A stretch of 64,000 nt of DNA from Spirochaetia bacterium (GTDB lineage: Bacteria > Spirochaetota > Spirochaetia > DSM-27196 > Salinispiraceae), in contig JBBRCZ010000013.1 of the NCBI GenBank assembly GCA_038204425.1, positions 1 to 64,000 on the forward strand, written 5' to 3'. Below the pieces are notes generated by a model that was not told the origin of the DNA, made no database searches, and was given only the letters and a program-made list of their open reading frames with translations. Position numbers and translations under genes: made by a program. The number at the start of each line of letters is the position of its first letter. Within the stretch, counting starts at the first letter, position 1. Positions 17,059 to 26,687 of the stretch are shown here, piece after piece.

Positions 17059-18747
17059 CTAAGTTTGAGCGTTGTGCCGGCGATCTTTCTTGCGCGCGAT
17101 TATGTTAAAAAGTCTTGTTTTTTCGGGCTCTACTGCTAGCCTGATTTCTATGAGTGCGCCACTGCCTTTGGGAACTCGGTTGTTGGCGCTAATAAAGCCA
17201 CCGCTGCCTTCTACAATGGTTTTGGTGCGCGCTAAACCTAGGCCGACGTGTTTGGAGACAGTCGACGCCTCGGGACGGTCACAATAGAATCTTTTAAAAA
17301 CTGCCTCGTTTTGTCCAGGCGCGAGACCAGGTCCGTCGTCCCATATAGAAATATCTATCCACTGTTGGCTTCGTTTTCTGGTAATTTTGGTCAAATTAGC
17401 TTCTATACCAAAAGCACCTTCCTCGGAACAAAAACTCTGGGCATTGTCCAAGACTTCGTCCAAGGCTCTTGAGAGGTAGCGCGGTGCCATGAGTACCAAA
17501 GCTTTGGGGATTTGTCCCAATTTAAAACGAGAGTCAATTTTTGACCAACGTTGGGCGTAGTTTTGAATCCAAGCCGAGAGTTCAATTTTTTCTCTTTTTG
17601 TTTTTGCAACGTCGAGATCGAGCCGACTGAGTTCACGAGCGGCAACTAAAATATGCAAAAGTTGCTCAGTTTGCAGGCTGATCTGATCTAAGAGTTGGCG
17701 CTCGGCTTCTGTCTGTTTGCTTTGGCGAAGTAGCGCAGTTGCTGATTGGATGGTGCTGAGTGGCGAGTGAGCCTCGTGGGTCAGGTCGCTAGCAAAAGTC
17801 TCTACAAAGTCAGTATGGGACCTTAGACGCACAGCCAAGGTTTGTAGTGATGACGCCAATGAGCGGATCTCTGCCGGACCCCGCATACCGCCAAAGTCAC
17901 CCACTGGACGTCCGGCTGCATTGACAAAATGTTGACTCTGTCGCTTTAGCTTTTTGAGTGGGCGCGTGATGGTTGATGTAAAAATGATGCTAAAGAGTAA
18001 AGCCGCACCAAGGCTTGTCAAAAACACTTCAAAAAATCTGAGTCTGATTTCGTAGAGATTCTGCAGGATGTAAAGGGTGCTTTGGCTAACCAAAATCGCG
18101 CCTTTGATTGGACCTGGCTGCCCTTGGAACTCTGGCCCTCTGATAGGTACCGCACTATACAGTGTAACTGAACGTTGCTTAGCACTCAGCTCAGTATGGG
18201 CCCCATAATAGCCCGTAAGTGCCTTGGCGGTAGCAGGATTCATGATCTGATCCAGATCTGCCAGTTCGTTTGCAGAACTCTCTGGAGCACGCAGTAGCCA
18301 TCTAATAAACCTAAAAGGAAGACTGCCAATAGAATAAAGGAAGGATTCATTCTCGTAGCTGTACCACACAAAGTTGTCTTGTCTTGGCAAACTTGCTGGT
18401 CTGATTGACGCTTGGACCAAACTAGAATCTGCTATGACGCTTGCATTTGCGTCTAAGATTCTAATTCTTGATTGGCTGCGACTGCCAAGGTTTGAGAGGA
18501 TGAATCTGGCTTGGGTCTCAAGTTCTTGTTTTCCCATGGCAAATGACAGTGCCGCGGCACTAATGCGGGCATTTGCCACCATAGCCTGCTCTTGAGAGTA
18601 AAGCAGTTGTTTCTCGTAGGTACGTAGGTATAGAAGTGAAGCAATAGGCAAAAACACCAAAAGAATATTAAACATGAGGATACGAACCGACAGGCGACCC
18701 CAAAAAAAAGAGAACTTTCTCAAGTATGAAACTATCTTGTCGCTCAC
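17059..18747 (-). CDS. Membrane sensor histidine kinase (ChvG/CreC-like, 2 TM + HAMP)
   Basis: Two TM helices, HAMP, H-box DLTHEAHSPL, DNA N-box, DDGPG, FKRFY, GLGLA. Confidence 0.9.
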   Translation of the reverse strand: MSDKIVSYLRKFSFFWGRLSVRILMFNILLVFLPIASLLYLRTYEKQLLYSQEQAMVANARISAAALSFAMGKQELETQARFILSNLGSRSQSRIRILDANASVIADSSLVQASIRPASLPRQDNFVWYSYENESFLYSIGSLPFRFIRWLLRAPESSANELADLDQIMNPATAKALTGYYGAHTELSAKQRSVTLYSAVPIRGPEFQGQPGPIKGAILVSQSTLYILQNLYEIRLRFFEVFLTSLGAALLFSIIFTSTITRPLKKLKRQSQHFVNAAGRPVGDFGGMRGPAEIRSLASSLQTLAVRLRSHTDFVETFASDLTHEAHSPLSTIQSATALLRQSKQTEAERQLLDQISLQTEQLLHILVAARELSRLDLDVAKTKREKIELSAWIQNYAQRWSKIDSRFKLGQIPKALVLMAPRYLSRALDEVLDNAQSFCSEEGAFGIEANLTKITRKRSQQWIDISIWDDGPGLAPGQNEAVFKRFYCDRPEASTVSKHVGLGLARTKTIVEGSGGFISANNRVPKGSGALIEIRLAVEPEKTRLFNIIARKKDRRHNAQT

Positions 18748-18844
18748 CCCATCTTCTCCAATGAGTAAATCCTAAGCTTATTATAACACTAAGGTAGATA
18801 CCAGTCCTATTGAGTTTGGAGGGCTTTGGCTTCTTTTCTTTGTA

Positions 18845-18873
18845 TTGACAGCTGTATCAAGTGCGATTAGCCT
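18845..18873 (+). promoter_or_regulatory. sigma70-type promoter for the aminotransferase
   Basis: TTGACA-17-TAGCCT. Confidence 0.5.
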
Positions 18874-18908
18874 CAGGTCGTGGTAAAACTAAGACAAGGA
18901 GTTGCGTC

Positions 18909-20225
18909 ATGCGAAGGGACATCGTTCATAGTAGTGCCGACGAACTAAAATATGAGATCAGAGAGATAGTTTTGTTTGCGCGCGAGGTAGAAAAATTTGG
19001 AATTGAGATAATTTGGGAGAATATTGGCGATCCAGTCCAAAAAGGGGAGCGCCTACCAGACTGGATTAAGCAGATAGTCAGCAGCTACGCTCTAAAAGAT
19101 CTTAGTTACGCCTACACTGATACCCAAGGTATACCGAGCACTAGAAAATTTTTGGCAGAACAAGTTAATCAGCGTGGTCAGTCGGGGCAGGGTGTTCAGA
19201 TTGACGCCGACGATATAGTATTTTTTAACGGTCTTGGCGACGCGGTAGCCAAGGTTTTTGGCTTTCTCAAACGCGAGGCCCGGGTTCTTGGGCCTTCTCC
19301 AGCTTATTCGACCCTGTCGTCGGCCGAAGCGGCCCACTCTGGCTATCATCATATGACTTATACGCTAGAACCGTCACTCAATTGGCAGCCCGACATGCAA
19401 GACGTAGAAAATAAGGTCAAGTACAACGATGCAATCGCTGGAATTCTTCTGATCAATCCAGACAACCCTACCGGTGCGGTCTATCCCGAGCAAGTTTTGC
19501 GCCAATTTGTTCGCATCGCCCGCGAATACGACTTATTTTTGATCGCGGACGAAACGTACGCCAACATCACTTACAATGGTGCTCAGTTTACCCCGCTTTC
19601 TGAAGTCTTGGGTTCCGTCCCCGGTATGGCCCTACGATCAATATCCAAAGATTTTCCTTGGCCAGGTGCACGTTGTGGCTGGATGGAAGTTTACAATCAA
19701 GCCAAAGATGCCAACTTTGCACGCTACATAAAGACCATCGTTGATGCCAAGCGATTAGAAGTGTGCTCAACTGCCTTACCGCAGATGATAATTCCCGAAG
19801 TCCTTGCCGACCCTCGATTTTCGCTACACCTCAAGCGACGGGCCCAGATGTTTGGCGAGCGAGCAAGGCAAGCTTATGAAACCTTTTTGCCGATTGAGCA
19901 AGTTTCGGTTAGTTTACCTGGTGGAGCCTTGTATTTTACGGTTGTGTTTAAGTCTGGTGTACTAGAAGAAGGTCAGAGCCTCCCGGTGACTGATCCGAAC
20001 CTAAAGGCTTTTATTGAACAGAAAACGCGTGGGCAAGCACTCGATAAGTGCTTTGCTTATTGGCTTTTGGCAAACAGCGGTATTTGCGTTGTGCCACTTT
20101 CGGGTTTTGCCTGCGCCATGCCAGGATTTAGATTGACTTTGCTAGAAACTGACGACCAAAAAAGACAAGTGATTTGGACCACGGTAGCCGACGCAATCAG
20201 ACATTATTTGTCCAGCTGCCGGTGA
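18909..20225 (+). CDS. PLP-dependent aminotransferase class I/II (AlaA/AspC-like)
   Basis: LKYEIRE, ENIGDP, INPDNPTG, ADETY, RSISKDFPWPGARCGW (PLP lysine). Confidence 0.93.
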   Translation: MRRDIVHSSADELKYEIREIVLFAREVEKFGIEIIWENIGDPVQKGERLPDWIKQIVSSYALKDLSYAYTDTQGIPSTRKFLAEQVNQRGQSGQGVQIDADDIVFFNGLGDAVAKVFGFLKREARVLGPSPAYSTLSSAEAAHSGYHHMTYTLEPSLNWQPDMQDVENKVKYNDAIAGILLINPDNPTGAVYPEQVLRQFVRIAREYDLFLIADETYANITYNGAQFTPLSEVLGSVPGMALRSISKDFPWPGARCGWMEVYNQAKDANFARYIKTIVDAKRLEVCSTALPQMIIPEVLADPRFSLHLKRRAQMFGERARQAYETFLPIEQVSVSLPGGALYFTVVFKSGVLEEGQSLPVTDPNLKAFIEQKTRGQALDKCFAYWLLANSGICVVPLSGFACAMPGFRLTLLETDDQKRQVIWTTVADAIRHYLSSCR

Positions 20226-20350
20226 TCACGATTACTTCAGAGGCAGCCAAATTCGGAGTAATTGAGCCGTTAAGGCAGGAGTGAGTGACTACCTGGTTAA
20301 ACCAGTTGCTGACCAAAACTTGTCAGGAAAATTAGAACGGCTGGTGCCTG
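20213..20350 (+). pseudogene. C-terminal remnant of a CheY-like receiver
   Basis: QLPVITITSEAAKFGVIE, then after a 1-nt shift at about 20267 (A)VKAGVSDYLVKPVADQNLSGKLERLV. This is the beta4-alpha5 half of a receiver domain with the conserved T and KP. The N-terminal half is absent. Confidence 0.7.
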
Positions 20351-20617
20351 ATGATTTTGTGCCGCGACGAGACGCACGATTGGGGCATGTCAGGAATTAT
20401 TGGCATCGGAGGAGACACGCATGGCATGGTAGTCTTATCGTTTTCTACCTCGCATCGATTGAGCATAAGTTTGCCTTCAATAGTCAGGGGTGAGTCTCAC
20501 CAAGTCGTTTGGCCACAGGGTGTTCCTATAATTGCTTTGCCCTTTAAAAGTGCAGCTGGTGCCTTTCAGCTATGTCTTGGTCTCGAGAACATTATCCAAA
20601 CGGGAGATCTTGCATAA
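20351..20617 (+). pseudogene. cheX: Internally deleted CheX remnant
   Basis: HDWGMSGIIGIGGDTHGMVVLSF is joined directly to RLSISLPSIVRGESHQVVWP...PIIALPFKSAAGAF. The central helices carrying E-x2-N are missing. Confidence 0.7.
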
Positions 20618-20619
20618 GT

Positions 20620-21002
20620 AAGAATACGGCGGGTGAAGCAGGGGTACTAGTCAATCTTTTAACTAGTGGCAGCGGCAAGCTTTACGAAATTAGTATGCGC
20701 GGCGGAGCTATTTTGCGTTCAGTCAAAGAAAAAGTCTTGAGGACTGAATTCAGTTGCTCGACAGCGCGGGCTCTGACCAGCCTGTTTTGGTGGTTGTACG
20801 CGATGTTGCTGACGAAGCCAAGCTGCGCGAAAGTCTGGACAACGAAGCTCCGGCCCATGGCAAGAGCATGGAAGAAGACATCCGCAAGCAACTAGGCAGA
20901 AACCTAAATAGGAAAGAACTACTCGAGTTTATCATCGGACTTGGCCGAGTCAGACAAGAAATGGAAGAACTCAAGAGCTTGATCCAAAAGGTGCTGAGGT
21001 GA
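20620..21002 (+). pseudogene. Fragmented remnant, possibly of a PAS/CheA-like sensor kinase
   Basis: Broken frames including VLVVVRDVADEAKLRESLDNE (PAS-terminal RDxT-like motif plus coiled coil), directly after the cheX remnant. Confidence 0.35.
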
Positions 21003-21097
21003 GTTGGTGATGGGCAAGTAAACGCTATTGTGAGTTTCAATTGCGCTTGCCTTTGGGAGCAAGTCTCACTTAGACTATCGCCGAAGGGAAGACAAGC

Positions 21098-21547
21098 TTG
21101 AAATCATTAGAAGAAAGCAAACAATACTTGGACGAAATGGCGCAAGAACTGCAAACCTTAATGGACTTTGACATAATGGAAATGTACCGGTTCTTGACCG
21201 ACATTGGTAATAGCATCCCTGCAATCGCCAACGACCGCAAAATTCCTGACAACTTTGTCAAAGGCTGCACATCCAACGTCTACGTTGACGCCGCAATCAA
21301 CAACGGTGGCATACAATACTCGGGTTCGAGTGAAGCCCACATAGTGCGAGGCTATCTGTGCATTCTCATCAATGCACTGAGCGGCTTGGCTCCGGAGCAG
21401 TTTTTGAGCGGTAGTCGATCCATGATAGAAGGCTTTGCCGAGGCAACCAATCTAAAGGCCGCTTTGACGCCGTCACGCGCAAACGCATTTGGCAACATTT
21501 ACGCCCTGATGGCCGAAAAAGCCAAAGCTTTGGGAACTCAAGCATGA
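21098..21547 (+). CDS. SufE-family sulfur acceptor protein
   Basis: VKGCTSNVYV (conserved Cys), SEAHIVRG, LTPSRANAF. Confidence 0.9.
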   Translation: MKSLEESKQYLDEMAQELQTLMDFDIMEMYRFLTDIGNSIPAIANDRKIPDNFVKGCTSNVYVDAAINNGGIQYSGSSEAHIVRGYLCILINALSGLAPEQFLSGSRSMIEGFAEATNLKAALTPSRANAFGNIYALMAEKAKALGTQA

Positions 21548-22266
21548 CTGATGGATTGAATGTTGTCGTATGGAACGAGAACATACACGACCGGCGGGAC
21601 GCCAAGGTCAAAGAGATTTATCCCAAAGGCATTCACGGGACCATTGCTGATTTTTTATCGGAAGACAAGCGATTGACCGTAAGCACTGCCACCATGGATC
21701 AAGACCAACATGGCTTGAGTGACGCCAAGCTTGATGCCTGCGACGTTTTGATTTGGTGGGGGCATATTGGCCATGATCAAGTTGAAGATTTTATTATAGA
21801 TCGTGTACAAGAGCGTGTCTTAGCGGGAATGGGGCTAATAGTTTTACATTCTGCCCACATGTCAAAAATTTTTAAACGCTTAATGGGAACCACAGGCTAC
21901 TTGTCTTGGCGCGAAGATGGTGAACGCGAGAAAATATGGGTGGTCGATCCATCGCATGCGATTGCTCATGGTATTGGCTCAAGCTTTGAACTACAGGAAG
22001 AAGAGATGTACGGTGAGTACTTTGATATTCCCCGCCCTGATGAGCTAGTCTTTATTTCTTCGTTTGCAGGAGGCGAAGTGTTTAGATCAGGGTGTTGTTG
22101 GCAACGTGGACATGGCAAAATATTCTACTTTAGGCCAGGACACGAGACTTTTCCAAGCTACCATGACCTCAACGTTCAGCTTGTAATCAAGAATGCTGTT
22201 TGGTGGAGCAAACCGCGCCTACGACAAACCGAACAACTACGACAGCAAGCGCGTCAGCCGCACTAG
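21544..22266 (+). CDS. thuA: ThuA-family (trehalose utilisation) protein
   Basis: VVWNENIHD, YPKGIHG, DVLIWWGH, LHSAH, EEMYGEYFDIP, YFRPGHE. Confidence 0.9.
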   Translation: MTDGLNVVVWNENIHDRRDAKVKEIYPKGIHGTIADFLSEDKRLTVSTATMDQDQHGLSDAKLDACDVLIWWGHIGHDQVEDFIIDRVQERVLAGMGLIVLHSAHMSKIFKRLMGTTGYLSWREDGEREKIWVVDPSHAIAHGIGSSFELQEEEMYGEYFDIPRPDELVFISSFAGGEVFRSGCCWQRGHGKIFYFRPGHETFPSYHDLNVQLVIKNAVWWSKPRLRQTEQLRQQARQPH

Positions 22267-22297
22267 CGATCCGGTCAAAACCAAAGCCAAGTCTCAA

Positions 22298-22984
22298 TCA
22301 AAGCCCAAGCCTTTGGCGCAAAGCAGCCACATCGGCTAGAAGCTCAGTTGCGCCAGCGTTTTTTAGGGCTTCTTTGTCCCTAAATCCCCAAAGTACAGCC
22401 AGCGCCATAGCTCCAGCATTTAAAGCAGTTTTTATGTCTGCCTCGCTGTCTCCGACAAGCATAGTCTCACTGACAAGCTGGGAGACCTCACCACTAAGAT
22501 CACCTTGGACAATCAGGCTCTCAAGCACTGCAAACAAAGCGTTTGGATCGGGCTTGCGAGCTTGGCCTGCAATCTCACCTCTCACCAAAGAGAACTGCCC
22601 ACCAAAAAAGTGCTCGACAAGCGACTTAGCAATAGGGTCGGCCTTATTGCTGAGCACTGCTAAAAGATGACCAGCGTTTTTGAGCTCACGCACCAATTCG
22701 CTTATGCCAGGATACGGTTTAGTGAGGACAAAGGGTTGGGCGAGATAGTGTGATTTTAAATGCTCGAGCACATTCTGGGCCAAGCTTTGTCGTAGTTGGG
22801 AGTTTTCTATGGCCGAGTTTACAAGCTGCCCAAGACCGTGGCCCACCATGCGTCTGACTACCTCGCGATCATGAGTTGGCAAGTTATGGAAACGCAAAGC
22901 ATCGTTGAGTGCGTTGGCTATGTCATCGAGACTATCCAGCAACGTTCCGTCAAGGTCAAAAACTATACAGCAAGGTGGTTTCAT
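22298..22984 (-). CDS. HAD-family phosphatase (phosphoglycolate phosphatase-like)
   Basis: FDLDGTL, LSNK, KPDP, VGDSEAD, WGF. Confidence 0.92.
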   Translation of the reverse strand: MKPPCCIVFDLDGTLLDSLDDIANALNDALRFHNLPTHDREVVRRMVGHGLGQLVNSAIENSQLRQSLAQNVLEHLKSHYLAQPFVLTKPYPGISELVRELKNAGHLLAVLSNKADPIAKSLVEHFFGGQFSLVRGEIAGQARKPDPNALFAVLESLIVQGDLSGEVSQLVSETMLVGDSEADIKTALNAGAMALAVLWGFRDKEALKNAGATELLADVAALRQRLGL

Positions 22985-23145
22985 AAAGCAACTTTCGCCT
23001 AGCCGGTTGATGTTTATGCTAAAACATGCTTGGCTTAGAGTTTGACTGCATTTTGCAGTTGTGGCGGACAAGCACCACATGCCGAGTGACATGTTGCAAT
23101 CAATAGCGTATATCTATTTTTTGGACAAGTCGGAGGATGCATCCA

Positions 23146-23490
23146 GTGAAGAAAAATGGTTTTCTGAAGTGTGTGATCGTAGCTATTGCTTTGTTTGGCA
23201 TTACATCTTGTGAATATGTGCCACGAGAAGCCGAGTCGGTCGCTCGACTTGAAGCGCTTTTGCAAAAGCTCGAAAAAAACTGGAGCACCGGCAATGGCGT
23301 CGAGCCCTCAACCGTAGAACTGCAAAAAATTAGAGATGCTTGGCAAGATGCGGTTAAGGTGGATCCGGCTATTCTCACCAAAGAGTGGGAGCAACGACGA
23401 GACAACGCTTTGAGCGACGCCCAGCTTTATGTTTTAGTTTTGCTTGACGACGTAACCGACCAAAAAAACAAACAAGGCCGGGAGGAATAG
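23146..23490 (+). CDS. Hypothetical lipoprotein
   Basis: KK plus hydrophobic stretch ending GITSC lipobox. GGAGG SD. Co-oriented with the aminopeptidase gene. Confidence 0.65.
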   Translation: MKKNGFLKCVIVAIALFGITSCEYVPREAESVARLEALLQKLEKNWSTGNGVEPSTVELQKIRDAWQDAVKVDPAILTKEWEQRRDNALSDAQLYVLVLLDDVTDQKNKQGREE

Positions 23491-23493
23491 ACC

Positions 23494-25260
23494 ATGCAAG
23501 GACGAATTGCAATCATTCGCCAGTTGATGAAAGACCAGCACTATGACGCCTATCTAGTGAGCAATTCTGATCCGCACCAAAGTGAATACAGCGCCGAACA
23601 CTTCCATAGTCGTTCTTGGTTAAGCGGCTTTGATGGATCGGTGGGTACCCTCATCGTAAGTCGTGAACAAGCCGGTCTGTGGGTCGATTCTCGCTATTTT
23701 ATCGAAGCAGAACAAGCGCTAAAAGACTCATCCATAACCGTTTTTAAACAAGGACTTCCGAACGTGCTCAGTCCTGCCCAATGGTTAGCAGAAAACTTGA
23801 GTGCTGAACAGACCGTTTCGTTTGACGCACGAACCAGTTCAGTTAAAGCAATACGTGACCTGGAACAAAGCCTAAAGCGGCGTGACATCAAGATAGTTCC
23901 TGGTTTAGACCTAGTGGCCAAAGCTTGGACCGACCAGCCAGCGCTGCCTACTAACCCTATCAGGCCTTTTGAAACTAATTTTGCTTTGGTCAGCCGAAAA
24001 GAAAAACTTGCCAATTTGGTCAAATATCTTGCTGAGGAAAATTTACAGTGCTACCTCTTGAGCGCACTGGATGATATTGCCTGGTTGCTCAATTTGCGAG
24101 GCAGCGACGTGCCCTACAATCCAGTTTTCTTGGCTTGGCTCTTGGTTGGTATCCACGGTTCTACCCTTTTTGTAGACCTAAGCAAGATTAGCGCCGAAAC
24201 CTACAAAGCCTTGAACGACGATGGAATTGACGTGGCCGAGTATGATTCGGTGGGAGCTTTTTTGCAGACGCTGCCACCGGATGACCGGATTCTCTTGCCT
24301 CCAGAAAGTACTTCCATTTTTTGTCTGCAAAATACTTTACATATGAATCAAGTGTTAGAGTCCAGCCCCATAGCAAACACCAAGGCCACTAAGACCGAGA
24401 TGGAACTGGACGCTCTGCGTTCGTGTTTAGTGCGAGACGGTATAGCCTTGGTTCAAGCATTTGCAGCACTAGAACACAGTTTTGAACAGGGAAGTCTGCT
24501 AAGCGAATACTCGGTTTCGCAGAGTATTTTGCAAGAACGCAAAAAGCAGGAGTACTTTGTCAGCGAAAGCTTTGCGCCGATAGTCGCCTATGGAGCCAAC
24601 GCGGCTATTGTGCACTATCGCACCCCCATAGAAGGCTCTGAAACCTTAAAGACCAACGGCGTGCTACTTATTGATACAGGCGCCCACTATAGCGATGGCA
24701 CCAGCGACATCACGCGCGTGCTTGCCCTTGGCACTCCAAGTCCAGCTATGATAAACGCTTATACCTTGGTTCTTAAAGGTCACATAGCGCTTGCAGGAGC
24801 AAGATTTCCGCAAGGGACAAGCGGCGTGCAGCTCGACATTTTGGCACGTAAGTATCTTTGGGATCAGGGCCTAGACTACGGGCACGGCACCTCACATGGC
24901 ATTGGCTTTTGCCTAAACGTCCACGAAGGACCAGTATCTATCTCGCCAAGTGCGACCGCTCTACCCTTAAGGGCCGGCATGGTGTTTTCCAACGAGCCAG
25001 GCTTCTATCAAGTCGGACAATTTGGTGTCCGCATTGAGAACATGATAGTGGTAAAAGAGGACAACAAAGCGCCGGGATTTTTGTGTTTTGAAACAATATC
25101 ACTATGCCCGCTGGAACCTAAGCTAATAGACAAATCTCTGCTCGACGCCGCTGACTTGGCTTGGATTAAAGCTTATCATAAAACGGTAATGAGTGGGCTT
25201 GGTAAACATTTGGAAAGAGATGCACTTAAGTGGCTTAAGGAAAAGATCCGTTTACTTTAA
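23494..25260 (+). CDS. Xaa-Pro aminopeptidase (M24B)
   Basis: DPHQSEY, LWVDSRYF, DTGAHYSDGTSDITR, HGTSHGIG, VHEGP, SNEPG, GVRIEN. Confidence 0.95.
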   Translation: MQGRIAIIRQLMKDQHYDAYLVSNSDPHQSEYSAEHFHSRSWLSGFDGSVGTLIVSREQAGLWVDSRYFIEAEQALKDSSITVFKQGLPNVLSPAQWLAENLSAEQTVSFDARTSSVKAIRDLEQSLKRRDIKIVPGLDLVAKAWTDQPALPTNPIRPFETNFALVSRKEKLANLVKYLAEENLQCYLLSALDDIAWLLNLRGSDVPYNPVFLAWLLVGIHGSTLFVDLSKISAETYKALNDDGIDVAEYDSVGAFLQTLPPDDRILLPPESTSIFCLQNTLHMNQVLESSPIANTKATKTEMELDALRSCLVRDGIALVQAFAALEHSFEQGSLLSEYSVSQSILQERKKQEYFVSESFAPIVAYGANAAIVHYRTPIEGSETLKTNGVLLIDTGAHYSDGTSDITRVLALGTPSPAMINAYTLVLKGHIALAGARFPQGTSGVQLDILARKYLWDQGLDYGHGTSHGIGFCLNVHEGPVSISPSATALPLRAGMVFSNEPGFYQVGQFGVRIENMIVVKEDNKAPGFLCFETISLCPLEPKLIDKSLLDAADLAWIKAYHKTVMSGLGKHLERDALKWLKEKIRLL

Positions 25261-26575
25261 GCAAGTTGAGCAAATCTGCTCTGCTTATTATGCCCCGTAG
25301 CTGACCTTGATCAATCACTGGCGCAAGACCGAGGTCGGTAGAGAAAAACAGGTCTTCTATCTCTTGCAATGTCGACTGTGTGTTGAGCGTCTTGGGGCTG
25401 CGATTCATGTAGGCTTTAACCGGAGCGTGCATGGAATCTGCTTTACGCGCCTTTTGAATTTCTCGCAGTGAGAGCAGGCCAAGCAGATGCGCGTGCTCAT
25501 CGACAACCGGAGCACTGGCATGATTGTGTTCTTCCAAAAACTTGGCAGCTTCTAACATGGTCCAATCAACTCTGAGCGAGTTAACTGACTTGTGCATAAT
25601 ATCTTGAGCTCGCAGCGCTGGTTTGAGACGAATATTAAGCGCGCTTATGAGGTGCTGCATTACCGGAATGTCGTTGCTCTTCTTAAGCAAGGCCGAGGCC
25701 GCTTGGGGGTGACCACCACCGCCAAAAGCAGAAAGAACAAAGGCCATGTCCAAGTCAGGCGATGCACTGCGACTTATGATTAGGTGGCTCTTTTCTTTGA
25801 GCATATTAAAAACGCATACAATAACTTCGGCTTGTTCAAATTCAAACAAACGTTCCACTAGCAGCGCCAAGCCTGGCGCCTGATTTTCGACATCAACTTC
25901 TCCAAGAACTACCGAATGACCGCGCAGCTGCCTACGAGTCATGCTTGCTGCCAACTGGTGCATCAAGACCGAGAGTGCGTTGTCGTAGTATTTAGAAGTT
26001 CCCTTTCTAACAATGGACAGGTCGGCACCAGCATCCAAAAGCCAGGTTGCGGCAGAAAAATCGCGAGAACTTACATTGTTGTGACTAAAGCTGCCGGTGT
26101 CGGCCACAATGCCCGCCAACGCAATAGTAGCCAGCTCAGGACTGATCACAATGTTTTCTCTGGCAAGCAGATGGCACAAAACGCTGGTATTGGCACCAAG
26201 CGCCTCTTGATGAGTCACCGCACCGGGAATATCGCAGCCATCGCTGTGGTGATGGTCGTAGACACTTACATGGGCGGGTAGGGTAAGCCCGCGTTCGAGG
26301 TACTCGTGAATTTGACTCAAACTGCGCGTATCGACCACCACTACATGTTCAAGATTGCTTAAGTCGAGTTCGTTCAGATTGACCAAAGGCAAATGATCTT
26401 GAAACAAATGGTAGAGGCTCTTCGCCAGCGGATGAATTCTTTGAGAGCGAACAAGTGCGTAGTCTGGGTACAAGTAGTGAGCAAGTGCCATACTGCCGAG
26501 GCAGTCCAAGTCCATGTTGCTATGGCCTAAAACAATGCCCTTAACGCTAGTCAAAACTGGTGAAGTGTGGCCCAT
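25235..26575 (-). CDS. DHH/DHHA1 phosphoesterase with C-terminal CBS pair
   Basis: GHSNMDLDCLGS, VVVDT, YDHH, GIVADTG, GGGGHPQAASA, then two CBS domains. Confidence 0.9.
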   Translation of the reverse strand: MGHTSPVLTSVKGIVLGHSNMDLDCLGSMALAHYLYPDYALVRSQRIHPLAKSLYHLFQDHLPLVNLNELDLSNLEHVVVVDTRSLSQIHEYLERGLTLPAHVSVYDHHHSDGCDIPGAVTHQEALGANTSVLCHLLARENIVISPELATIALAGIVADTGSFSHNNVSSRDFSAATWLLDAGADLSIVRKGTSKYYDNALSVLMHQLAASMTRRQLRGHSVVLGEVDVENQAPGLALLVERLFEFEQAEVIVCVFNMLKEKSHLIISRSASPDLDMAFVLSAFGGGGHPQAASALLKKSNDIPVMQHLISALNIRLKPALRAQDIMHKSVNSLRVDWTMLEAAKFLEEHNHASAPVVDEHAHLLGLLSLREIQKARKADSMHAPVKAYMNRSPKTLNTQSTLQEIEDLFFSTDLGLAPVIDQGQLRGIISRADLLNLLKVNGSFP

Positions 26576-26581
26576 TAGCCC

Positions 26582-26610
26582 ATTGTATGGCCAGACTGCT
26601 CAGAATGCAA
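26582..26610 (-). promoter_or_regulatory. sigma70-type promoter, leaderless DHH-CBS gene
   Basis: Minus strand TTGCAT-17-TACAAT, 6 nt before ATG 26575. Confidence 0.6.
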
Positions 26611-26687
26611 GATTATGTGCCAATCAAACATTAACACAGCAACGCGGCATTCTACAACAATGATGTTTAACCTCAGCTTGATCTAGA

